Shown in pieces: positions 1 through 6,751 of a stretch of 11,799 bases of DNA. Under the pieces are notes generated by a model that did no database searches, was not told the origin of the DNA, and saw only the letters and a list, made by a program, of their open reading frames with translations. Positions within the stretch are counted from its first letter, which is position 1. Each line of letters opens with the position of its first letter. Origin of the DNA: a virus. Lineage: Duplodnaviria > Heunggongvirae > Uroviricota > Caudoviricetes. Both the position numbers and the translations under genes were made by a program. The stretch lies in the IMG/VR virus record IMGVR_UViG_2562617151_000001, positions 1 to 11,799 of that record; one strand, written 5' to 3'.

Positions 1-1254
1 ATGCTGGAACAAATGGGCATTGCCGCGAAGCAAGCCTCGTATAAATTAGCGCAACTCTCCAGCCGCGAAAAAAATCGCGTGCTGGAAAAAATCGCCGATG
101 AACTGGAAGCACAAAGCGAAATCATCCTCAACGCTAACGCCCAGGATGTTGCTGACGCGCGAGCCAATGGCCTTAGCGAAGCGATGCTTGACCGTCTGGC
201 ACTGACGCCCGCACGGCTGAAAGGCATTGCCGACGATGTACGTCAGGTGTGCAACCTCGCCGATCCGGTGGGGCAGGTAATCGATGGCGGCGTACTGGAC
301 AGCGGCCTGCGTCTTGAGCGTCGTCGCGTACCGCTGGGGGTTATTGGCGTGATTTATGAAGCGCGCCCGAACGTGACGGTTGATGTCGCTTCGCTGTGCC
401 TGAAAACCGGTAATGCGGTGATCCTGCGCGGTGGCAAAGAAACGTGTCGCACTAACGCTGCAACGGTGGCGGTGATTCAGGACGCCCTGAAATCCTGCGG
501 CTTACCGGCGGGTGCCGTGCAGGCGATTGATAATCCTGACCGTGCGCTGGTCAGTGAAATGCTGCGTATGGATAAATACATCGACATGCTGATCCCGCGT
601 GGTGGCGCTGGTTTGCATAAACTGTGCCGTGAACAGTCGACAATCCCGGTGATCACAGGTGGTATAGGCGTATGCCATATTTACGTTGATGAAAGTGTAG
701 AGATCGCTGAAGCATTAAAAGTGATCGTCAACGCGAAAACTCAGCGTCCGAGCACATGTAATACGGTTGAAACGTTGCTGGTGAATAAAAACATCGCCGA
801 TAGCTTCCTGCCCGCATTAAGCAAACAAATGGCGGAAAGCGGCGTGACATTACACGCAGATGCAGCTGCACTGGCGCAGTTGCAGGCAGGCCCTGCGAAG
901 GTGGTTGCTGTTAAAGCCGAAGAGTATGACGATGAGTTTCTGTCATTAGATTTGAACGTCAAAATCGTCAGCGATCTTGACGATGCCATCGCCCATATTC
1001 GTGAACACGGCACACAACACTCCGATGCGATCCTGACCCGCGATATGCGCAACGCCCAGCGTTTTGTTAACGAAGTGGATTCGTCCGCTGTTTACGTTAA
1101 CGCCTCTACGCGTTTTACCGACGGCGGCCAGTTTGGTCTGGGTGCGGAAGTGGCGGTAAGCACACAAAAACTCCACGCGCGTGGCCCAATGGGGCTGGAA
1201 GCACTGACCACTTACAAGTGGATCGGCATTGGTGATTACACCATTCGTGCGTAA
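1..1254 (+). CDS. proA: gamma-glutamyl phosphate reductase (glutamate-5-semialdehyde dehydrogenase), complete, 417 aa
   Basis: ORF 1..1254 translates to [30 protein letters not shown]...[13 protein letters not shown], which I recognise as E. coli ProA at full length (aldehyde dehydrogenase fold). Its position immediately upstream of thrW matches the K-12 arrangement proA-thrW. Confidence 0.96.
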
Positions 1255-1368
1255 ATAAAACCGGGTGATGCAAAAGTAGCCATTTGATTCACAAGGCCAT
1301 TGACGCATCGCCCGGTTAGTTTTAACCTTGTCCACCGTGATTCACGTTCGTGAACATGTCCTTTCAGG

Positions 1369-1444
1369 GCCGATATAGCTCAGTTGGTAGAGCAGCGCAT
1401 TCGTAATGCGAAGGTCGTAGGTTCGACTCCTATTATCGGCACCA
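1369..1444 (+). tRNA. thrW: tRNA-Thr, anticodon CGU
   Basis: 76-nt sequence GCCGATATAGCTCAGTTGGTAGAGCAGCGCATTCGTAATGCGAAGGTCGTAGGTTCGACTCCTATTATCGGCACCA read directly: 7-bp acceptor stem GCCGATA/TATCGGC, D-loop AGTTGGTAG, anticodon loop TTCGTAA (anticodon CGT), T-arm GGTTCGACTCC, encoded CCA. thrW is the known integration target of P22-family integrases. Confidence 0.95.
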
Positions 1445-1458
1445 TTTAAATCAATAAG

Positions 1459-2622
1459 TTACACATCATTAGTACCTTCCTTATTTTTTGACTGGGACAA
1501 ATTTGGGACCGATGGGTTCAGGATCGAGTCTATTTGCCGTGCGTGTTCGGTAAGGTGATTAGGTGCGAGGTGAGCATATCGACGAACCATTTCGATAGAC
1601 TCCCAGCCTCCCATTTCCTGTAACACTGACAACGGGACACCGGCTTGAACCAGCCAACTTGCCCAGGTGTGTCTCAAGTCATGAAATCTGAAATCATCAA
1701 TACCAGCTCGTCTCAGCGCCGCTTTCCAGGCTGTGTTTGCGTCATATCGCATCTTCCTGACTGTTGGCGCTTTCGTTCCGTCTGGTTTGGTACAGCTTTC
1801 CTTGTACACAAATACCCAATGGTGATGATTCCCGATTTGTTTTTTCAATACGCGACATGCAGTATCATTCAGCGCAACGCCAATTGCGCGGTTTGATTTA
1901 CTCTCTTCCGGGTTTATCCATGCCACCCGGCGCTGCATATCTATTTGTTGCCATTCAAGGTTGATGATGTTCGAGCGTCTTAAGCCTGTTGCCAGTGCAA
2001 ATTCAACAACAGACTTTAATGGCTCCGGACATTCATCAATCAGCCTTTGTGCTTCATGAGGCTCCAGCCAGCGGATCCGTTTATTCTTTGGTTGAGGCAC
2101 TTTAATAATTGGTGCCTTATCCAGCATTTTCCATTCACGCTCTGCGGCTCTTAGTAGGGCCTTTATAAATGAAAGATGCGTAGCCTTCGTTGCAACGGAC
2201 GCTGGTTTTGGCGTGTATTCTGGAACAGGTTTCCCTTTTTTTCTGCATGCTTCTGCCCTGAGTTTCCAGTTTTCCTCATGACGCCGGTTCGTCATTTTCT
2301 GCATTGCTGAATAAATTTTTGATTCAGTAATGTCTCTTAGTTGCATTCCTGCGAAATGTTGAAGCCAGAATCCGATCCGGCTTTTGTCATCGTCCAGTGA
2401 TTTTTTATGTGCTTTCTCTTCAAGCCACCTGACACACGCTTCCTCGAACGTTATATCAGGTATTTCACCAAGTTTGCTGACCCGCCATGCTTCAGCCTTT
2501 AGCTTGTCATGGAGTTCTGTCGCCTGCCTTTTGTCCTTTGTTCCAAGAGACTGTTTAAATCTTTTACCGTTCGGCAATGTGAAACTGGCGTACCATATTT
2601 CACCTCTGCGGAAGAGTGACAT
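1459..2622 (-). CDS. int: phage integrase, tyrosine recombinase, P22 Int-like, 387 aa
   Basis: ORF translation [47 protein letters not shown]...[39 protein letters not shown] matches my recollection of P22 integrase almost end to end, including the C-terminal R..H..R..Y catalytic region. It is adjacent to the tRNA target; stop TAA at 1461-1459. Confidence 0.95.
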   Translation of the reverse strand: MSLFRRGEIWYASFTLPNGKRFKQSLGTKDKRQATELHDKLKAEAWRVSKLGEIPDITFEEACVRWLEEKAHKKSLDDDKSRIGFWLQHFAGMQLRDITESKIYSAMQKMTNRRHEENWKLRAEACRKKGKPVPEYTPKPASVATKATHLSFIKALLRAAEREWKMLDKAPIIKVPQPKNKRIRWLEPHEAQRLIDECPEPLKSVVEFALATGLRRSNIINLEWQQIDMQRRVAWINPEESKSNRAIGVALNDTACRVLKKQIGNHHHWVFVYKESCTKPDGTKAPTVRKMRYDANTAWKAALRRAGIDDFRFHDLRHTWASWLVQAGVPLSVLQEMGGWESIEMVRRYAHLAPNHLTEHARQIDSILNPSVPNLSQSKNKEGTNDV

Positions 2623-2849
2623 TTTCTTTCCTCTGTTATGCCATCACCCGCGCTCACCTGGACAGTATGCAGCGGAGACTGAAGAGCCGCAATGCAGGCT
2701 TGTCGTGTTGTGAGGTAAGGAGATTTATTCTTAGTGGGATCTTTGCGTGTTGCCTGAAGACGCCCTGTGCGTATCCAGTTAATGGCAGTCGGTCTGGATA
2801 TCTTGAGAAAATGACAGGCCTCATCGAGTGTGAGGCTGTATGGCTCCAT
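2499..2849 (-). CDS. xis: excisionase (P22 Xis-like), 116 aa
   Basis: The internal ATG at 2849-2847 gives [57 protein letters not shown]..., a P22-type Xis with a helix-turn-helix. The 28 codons upstream in the track ORF look like a read-through artefact. The ATG overlaps the stop of the upstream gene as TAATG. The 3' end overlaps int by 124 nt in another frame. Confidence 0.8.
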   Translation of the reverse strand: MEPYSLTLDEACHFLKISRPTAINWIRTGRLQATRKDPTKNKSPYLTTRQACIAALQSPLHTVQVSAGDGITEERKCHSSAEVKYGTPVSHCRTVKDLNSLLEQRTKGRRQNSMTS

Positions 2850-3154
2850 TATTTCACCTCTTGCTGTGACATTGTTGAAAAATGGATACCAGCTCGTTGC
2901 TGCCAGACGATCCAACCGAGAGTCATATCCCATGCCATGTATTCGTTATCGCCGTTTTTTGCTCTCCGACGATCTACTAAGTCACCGAAACGCTTTTCCA
3001 TGAATAATTCATAAGCTTCGCGTTCATCTGGTTCTACTTCCAGAGATCGGAGTGCGATTTCATAAGCACGGCGCTCAATATCGTCTCGCACGTCAAGGCT
3101 GCTGATACGCTCTTTAATTTCTTTAATCAGTTCTTTGTCGGTAAAAGTGGTCAT
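2849..3154 (-). CDS. YfdT-like prophage early-left protein, 101 aa, function unknown
   Basis: ORF MTTFTDKELIKEIKERISSLDVRDDIERRAYEIALRSLE...; its position and length fit the CPS-53 yfdT slot (from memory). Start ATG 3154-3152 overlaps the stop of the upstream gene as TAATG; its own stop overlaps the xis start. Confidence 0.7.
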   Translation of the reverse strand: MTTFTDKELIKEIKERISSLDVRDDIERRAYEIALRSLEVEPDEREAYELFMEKRFGDLVDRRRAKNGDNEYMAWDMTLGWIVWQQRAGIHFSTMSQQEVK

Positions 3155-3516
3155 TATGCTCCAGCCTCCGGTGCTTTTGGCATTACTGCCCAGTGAGTGA
3201 TATTGACGTTTTCAAGGTCCCCGACCTGAAATGTCCACTGCCATTCTCCGGTTTCTTTTTGTCCCCAGGTGTACCAGAGAGAACGCCAGCCAATTAGCCA
3301 GCCTTCTCCGTTAGCATCGAATAACAAAACACTTTCATTTGCTGGTGGCAGTTCAGTTGACACTGGTATTACTTTGTTTTCCTGTGCTGCACATTTAGCT
3401 TCAAGCGCATCGAATTTACGCACCAGGTATTCAGCATCTGTTTCATTTACTTTCAGATCTCGCGGTACACATCTCCCACGAAGAAACCCTTCCATTTCGA
3501 AAACATTCATGCGCAT
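3154..3516 (-). CDS. YfdS-like prophage early-left protein, 120 aa, function unknown
   Basis: ORF MRMNVFEMEGFLRGRCVPRDLKVNETDAEYLVRKFDALEAK...THWAVMPKAPEAGA. Coupled to neighbours: the upstream gene's TGA (3509-3507) overlaps ATG codon 3 of this ORF, and its stop overlaps the downstream start. Confidence 0.7.
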   Translation of the reverse strand: MRMNVFEMEGFLRGRCVPRDLKVNETDAEYLVRKFDALEAKCAAQENKVIPVSTELPPANESVLLFDANGEGWLIGWRSLWYTWGQKETGEWQWTFQVGDLENVNITHWAVMPKAPEAGA

Positions 3517-4043
3517 TTGCGTAACTCCGATAACTCGTTAAAGCGTTCCATAAACATCCCGTAGGCATGGCCCGGTGCCAGTGGAATCACGTTGAACATC
3601 TCTGTTGCCGGGATACCTTCCAGTACAGGCCAGAAAGAGCCATCATCAAGCCCGAGATCGCGGCGTTCGGTTGCCAGCATGATGAGATCGGCATATTTCA
3701 CGGGCGTACTCATAACTGGGGGTAACCCGTATTTCTCACGGATTACGGCGTCTATTTTTTCTTCCATTTGTTTATAGTCAGGAAGAAGGCGTTTCAGTGG
3801 TGCGGGAATGTCCTGACAATACGCTTCTGTTGCATCATGCATTAACGCTTCGAAAGCAAACTCCTGCGGTACCAGCTGGCTGCAAAGCACCGCATGTTGG
3901 GCGACGCTGTAGAAGTGTGAAAGATGCCCTGCAAAGCGACAGATATTTGAGAGGGAAACTGCGATATCGTTAATCACGATGTCGTCTTTATTTATCCTGT
4001 CATAATAAAAATGCTTCCCGGAAAAAGTTTTAATAAATGACAT
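3507..4043 (-). CDS. HD-domain phosphohydrolase, YfdR-like (putative 5'-nucleotidase), 178 aa
   Basis: Start chosen at MSFIKTFSGKHFYY (ATG 4043-4041), preceded by GGAG about 8 nt upstream; the track ORF starts 9 codons earlier without an SD. HD signature visible: ...HLSHFYSVAQHAVL...EALMHDATEAY.... The length matches my recollection of K-12 YfdR. Confidence 0.8.
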   Translation of the reverse strand: MSFIKTFSGKHFYYDRINKDDIVINDIAVSLSNICRFAGHLSHFYSVAQHAVLCSQLVPQEFAFEALMHDATEAYCQDIPAPLKRLLPDYKQMEEKIDAVIREKYGLPPVMSTPVKYADLIMLATERRDLGLDDGSFWPVLEGIPATEMFNVIPLAPGHAYGMFMERFNELSELRKCA

Positions 4044-4170
4044 TTTGTTCTCCACGTATATGCGCTGCACCGCGCTGAATTCTGGTAAAAGGAAGCCCTC
4101 ACCATCCGGTGATTATTGAGTTAATTACGTTTCCATAAATGCCCCCGCAGGGGCATTTGCAGTAATGAAA

Positions 4171-4995
4171 TCAGGCGGTGAAAGTACCAATAAAGGTTTC
4201 GACTTTGCTGTCTTTGAATTTCTCAACAAGCAGATCACGAAATTCGTTAGCCATTTCTTCCTGCACTGCTTCCAGCTGAATAATGCGCAGAACCAGTACA
4301 GGGCGATCACCAGTGATAATGCTGAGTCGTAATTTAAATGGACGTTCTTTCAGGCCTTCAAACGGAACGCATTTAAATTCAAATGCCACTGGCATAATGT
4401 CTTTGGTCTTCGCTTCGACAGACTCCATCAGGGAGCGTTTGCCGCTGAAGTCATTGTCTTCAAAATCAGCAGTCTGGTTCGCTTCAATTGTGATTTTACG
4501 GACTGCCGCAGCCGCTTTTGTTGCCTGAATGGCGTCACCATTAGCATCAAAGCCCACAAGGTAGTCGGCCCAGTCTTCAATCCATTCTGCCAGTGACTTC
4601 TGGGAGTTACGCTCGCCGTTAACAGACAACAGAGCAGAGAACGGTGCTGTCTTTTTCAGTTTGAGAGTGGCGGTGTTATCTGCGTGACCTGGTTCATCAA
4701 TAGTACCCAGGTTAAGCACACTGACGGCACGCATATTATCAGCATCGATAAAGCAGCGGGTGCCTTCATCTGCAAGATCTTTAGAATAACGGGTAAAGTC
4801 ATCGATGCTGGCAGTGGAAAGCGCACCACGGAAACGGAAGCGATTTAAATTAAATTTTTCCAGATCATGAATGCGGAAATTCTCAGGCAATGCCACAGCA
4901 TCGGCACCAATCTTACTGATAATTTCATTAACACCCTGAGCAGAAATAAGGGCATGGATTTGATTAATTGCGGTTGCGTCTAAGTTCTGAGACAT
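4171..4995 (-). CDS. YfdQ-like protein (I recall this as the DUF2303 family), 274 aa
   Basis: [60 protein letters not shown]...; SD GAGGA about 6 nt upstream of ATG 4995-4993. The order yfdP-Q-R-S-T-like is the same as in CPS-53. Confidence 0.8.
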   Translation of the reverse strand: MSQNLDATAINQIHALISAQGVNEIISKIGADAVALPENFRIHDLEKFNLNRFRFRGALSTASIDDFTRYSKDLADEGTRCFIDADNMRAVSVLNLGTIDEPGHADNTATLKLKKTAPFSALLSVNGERNSQKSLAEWIEDWADYLVGFDANGDAIQATKAAAAVRKITIEANQTADFEDNDFSGKRSLMESVEAKTKDIMPVAFEFKCVPFEGLKERPFKLRLSIITGDRPVLVLRIIQLEAVQEEMANEFRDLLVEKFKDSKVETFIGTFTA

Positions 4996-5060
4996 AATAA
5001 GTCCTCACTATATAAAGATATTCAGTGATGAGATAAATAATCAGTTAATTAAAAACGATA

Positions 5061-5423
5061 TTAACGACCTGCTGCGCGGAGTTTTCCGTCAGGTTCACCG
5101 GCAAGAGTCAGTAACTGTCCCTGGTCTTCCTGCAGAATAGTCAGGCGACCACCGCGATTGACATACATCGGCGTTTCGGTGGTGTCTTCTTCGGAAATTT
5201 TCCCGCGGTTAGTCGGGCGAACATATGAGAGTTTGTGTTTGATTTTCACACGGTTCTCATCAAATGGTTCGATTTCCAGGTTGAGTGAGACCTTACCTTT
5301 GGTTTTCGTGTTCATCACACCGGAAGCGACTTCACTGAGAACTGCGCCGATTTTGGTTTCAAATACGCCGCCGTCCAGCTCCCCGATAAATGCATGCACA
5401 TCAGTACTGCGTTCGCTAGCCAT
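5061..5423 (-). CDS. YfdP-like prophage protein, 120 aa; the track ORF is N-terminally over-extended
   Basis: Start placed at MASERSTDVHAFIGELDGGVFETKIGAVLSEV (ATG 5423-5421) because GAGGAG lies about 8 nt upstream. The 106 codons upstream in the track ORF are R/C/P-rich low-complexity translation of GC-rich non-coding DNA. Confidence 0.65.
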   Translation of the reverse strand: MASERSTDVHAFIGELDGGVFETKIGAVLSEVASGVMNTKTKGKVSLNLEIEPFDENRVKIKHKLSYVRPTNRGKISEEDTTETPMYVNRGGRLTILQEDQGQLLTLAGEPDGKLRAAGR

Positions 5424-5439
5424 TTTGCTGCTCCTCATC

Positions 5440-5760
5440 ATATCGACCCTGCAAGGCCGATTAGTTTCTCCACAAAACAGAGAAGAACACCTGCGGTGGC
5501 AGCCGCCCGGATGGATTGGGTTATGAGCCCGTCGTCCGGTGATGCTCTTCTCTGTTTTGTAAAAAGGACGGTACCAGCCGGAAGCAAGGGTACAAACTGG
5601 TACCGCCGGGACTACACACAGCATAAAGTTGTGGTGCCGGGTGCCTCCCGGTGCCTGGCGAAGGTTGCACACCAGACGGGTGGGTATCCACAGAAGGTCG
5701 ACTGTCAGCCTCAACCTTAACCCGCGTGCGCTGAGCCGCATTCACCACAACGCTAAGAAT
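5440..5760. other. GC-rich structured non-coding block; candidate structured RNA or relic of a foreign element
   Basis: No credible ORF in any frame (all translations are R/P/C-rich). Contains a perfect 15-bp inverted repeat (5472-5486 with 5546-5560), a 9-bp stem (5569-5577 with 5597-5605) and long-range 9-nt complementarity (5628-5636 with 5743-5751). Visibly more GC-rich than the flanking phage DNA. Confidence 0.3.
5472..5560. repeat. perfect 15-bp inverted repeat ACAAAACAGAGAAGA / TCTTCTCTGTTTTGT separated by a 59-nt GC-rich spacer
   Basis: Read directly: arm 5472-5486 is the exact reverse complement of 5546-5560; 2 further complementary bases lie inside after one mismatch. Confidence 0.85.
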
Positions 5761-5824
5761 TCTCTCTGGTTGAAAATACTTAGCTGTTATGTGCCTGCTT
5801 TTAGCCACATCAGGCGAGGTGGAC

Positions 5825-5876
5825 CTGGTTATTCCCCAACAACAAGGATTCGGTTAATCTGGTTATCCCCAACAAC
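5825..5876 (+). repeat. tandem direct repeat CTGGTTAT(T)CCCCAACAAC x2, 34-bp period, immediately upstream of the 144-aa ORF
   Basis: Copy 1 at 5825-5843 and copy 2 at 5859-5876 differ by one extra T; a partial CTGGTT copy lies at 5766-5771. Copy 2 ends 5 nt before the AAGGA SD of the ORF starting at 5892. Confidence 0.8.
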
Positions 5877-5891
5877 GCAAAAGGAAAAGAA

Positions 5892-6326
5892 ATGTCCGGT
5901 AATATCTATACGCTGTACAAATCCCACTGTGAAAATGTTGGAAAGTATCGGGGCATTGAAATCAGTGGGGTAGTGTCATCAGTCGAAATAAGCAAAGTTG
6001 AATCAAGGGCAACATTACTTACTCTTCTGGACCTTGTCTTACATGAGCACCGGAAGAAATTCGGCACTCCCTATAATCAGTTGAATGGGAAAAAAGCTCT
6101 GGTTCACCTTATTCTGATGAAGCATCACTGGATGCCAAAACAGATTAATGAGATGAAATTTGATGAACTTCTTCTTTCAATTCAGGATGAATTCACGCTT
6201 GATAAAATAAGCGTAACCGCCCAGAAATTTTTAGATTATCGAGACTGGAGATCACAAATTCATCACTTTGATGATTTTGACGAAAATGAATGGGATCCTA
6301 ATTTGTCTGCACAATATCTAAAGTAA
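5892..6326 (+). CDS. hypothetical protein, 144 aa, no recognisable family; moron-like, opposite strand to the early-left operon
   Basis: ATG 5892 preceded by AAGGA with a 6-nt spacer; stop TAA 6324-6326. Protein MSGNIYTLYKSHCENVGKYRGIEISGVVSSVEISKVESRATLLTLLDLVLHEHRKKFGTPYNQ... has protein-like composition (K/E/D/H-rich, ordinary hydrophobic content). AT-rich codon usage contrasts with the neighbouring GC-rich block. Confidence 0.7.
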   Translation: MSGNIYTLYKSHCENVGKYRGIEISGVVSSVEISKVESRATLLTLLDLVLHEHRKKFGTPYNQLNGKKALVHLILMKHHWMPKQINEMKFDELLLSIQDEFTLDKISVTAQKFLDYRDWRSQIHHFDDFDENEWDPNLSAQYLK

Positions 6327-6504
6327 CATCCTGTGATAAAACCGTGATTTCCTGATCCAGTTTTTTTAAGGAGTCTATTGTTTCCTGTCGATAAGACAGC
6401 ACTTCACGAAGCTGGTTTATAGCTGCCAGCTTCTTTGCCATCCACTCGTAAATTTCCTCATTTGTGTATCCGGGCGCGACGATTTTGGGTTCTGTTTTGT
6501 GCAT
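6298..6504 (-). CDS. hypothetical small protein, 68 aa; first gene downstream of the putative P_L (the position of N)
   Basis: Start at MHKTEPKIVAPGYTNEEIYEWMAKKLAAINQLREVL... (ATG 6504-6502), preceded by a strong SD GAGGAGG about 7 nt upstream; the track ORF begins 5 codons earlier. The 3' end overlaps the 144-aa ORF by 29 nt (convergent). Confidence 0.6.
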   Translation of the reverse strand: MHKTEPKIVAPGYTNEEIYEWMAKKLAAINQLREVLSYRQETIDSLKKLDQEITVLSQDVTLDIVQTN

Positions 6505-6562
6505 TTCACACCTCCTCAAGTTATCAGTTACTTGTTGATGGGGACCAGATTGTTAAAGAGCT

Positions 6563-6590
6563 AAGCGTCCTGTAGGGCGCTTTTTTGTTG
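6563..6590 (+). terminator. intrinsic (rho-independent) terminator-like hairpin plus T-tract
   Basis: AAGCGTCC-TGTA-GGGCGCTT stem (8 bp including one G-U) followed by TTTTTT at 6581-6586. On the minus strand the stem is preceded by an A-tract and followed by a U-poor sequence, so it is mainly plus-strand and at most weakly bidirectional. Confidence 0.55.
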
Positions 6591-6669
6591 CTAACGAATC
6601 ACCCTAGACTTTATATGCCCCAGGCGGCTACTTCGTGGGCGTCCTGCCTGTTCGTTATCTTTGATATAA

Positions 6670-6740
6670 AATCTAACTTAACTTAGTTATTATGGCAAGA
6701 GAAAACACCAAACTTTTCTTAGTTCGGTGCCTTAGTTAGA
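6670..6740 (-). promoter_or_regulatory. putative O_L / P_L region (leftward early promoter with repressor operators)
   Basis: Heptamer CTTAGTT occurs at 6682, 6718 and 6731, the same motif as in the cI-cro intergenic region. Minus-strand candidate promoter: -35 TTGCCA (complement of 6693-6698), 17-nt spacer containing AACTTAGTT, -10 TAGATT (complement of 6670-6675). Confidence 0.4.
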
Positions 6741-6751
6741 GAAGAGAGGTC

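Noticed and set aside
741-1335. Minus-strand ORFs 741..1052 and 946..1335 overlapping proA.
   Set aside because: They are antisense to the confidently identified full-length proA, with low-complexity translations; the second would also run through the proA stop and the thrW promoter region.
1645-1964. Plus-strand ORFs 1645..1896 and 1764..1964 antisense to the integrase gene.
   Set aside because: They are fully embedded antisense within a well-supported integrase CDS and have no SD or recognisable product.
2384-3014. Plus-strand ORFs 2384..2713 and 2616..3014 across the int/xis region.
   Set aside because: They are antisense to int, xis and the YfdT-like gene, which are supported by homology and by coupled start/stop overlaps; the translations are S/C/L-rich with no recognisable domain.
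5424-5808. Track ORFs in the GC-rich block (N-terminal extension of 5061..5741; 5394..5720 +; 5521..5808 -; 5629..5973 +).
   Set aside because: Translations are R/P/C/G-rich low-complexity strings typical of GC-rich non-coding DNA, they overlap one another on both strands, and the YfdP-like gene has a strong internal SD-supported start at 5423.
5825-5891. Considered a type III toxin-antitoxin (ToxI-like repeat RNA upstream of a toxin) for the direct repeats in front of the 144-aa ORF.
   Set aside because: There are only two copies, only about 19 nt of the 34-nt period are shared, and the ORF shows no resemblance I can recognise to ToxN/AbiQ-type endoribonucleases; the repeats fit a regulatory site better.
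5424-6326. Considered a retron (structured msr/msd-like ncRNA with flanking inverted repeats next to an effector ORF).
   Set aside because: No reverse transcriptase gene is present; the adjacent ORF is 144 aa and lacks RT motifs, and no other ORF in the window could encode an RT.
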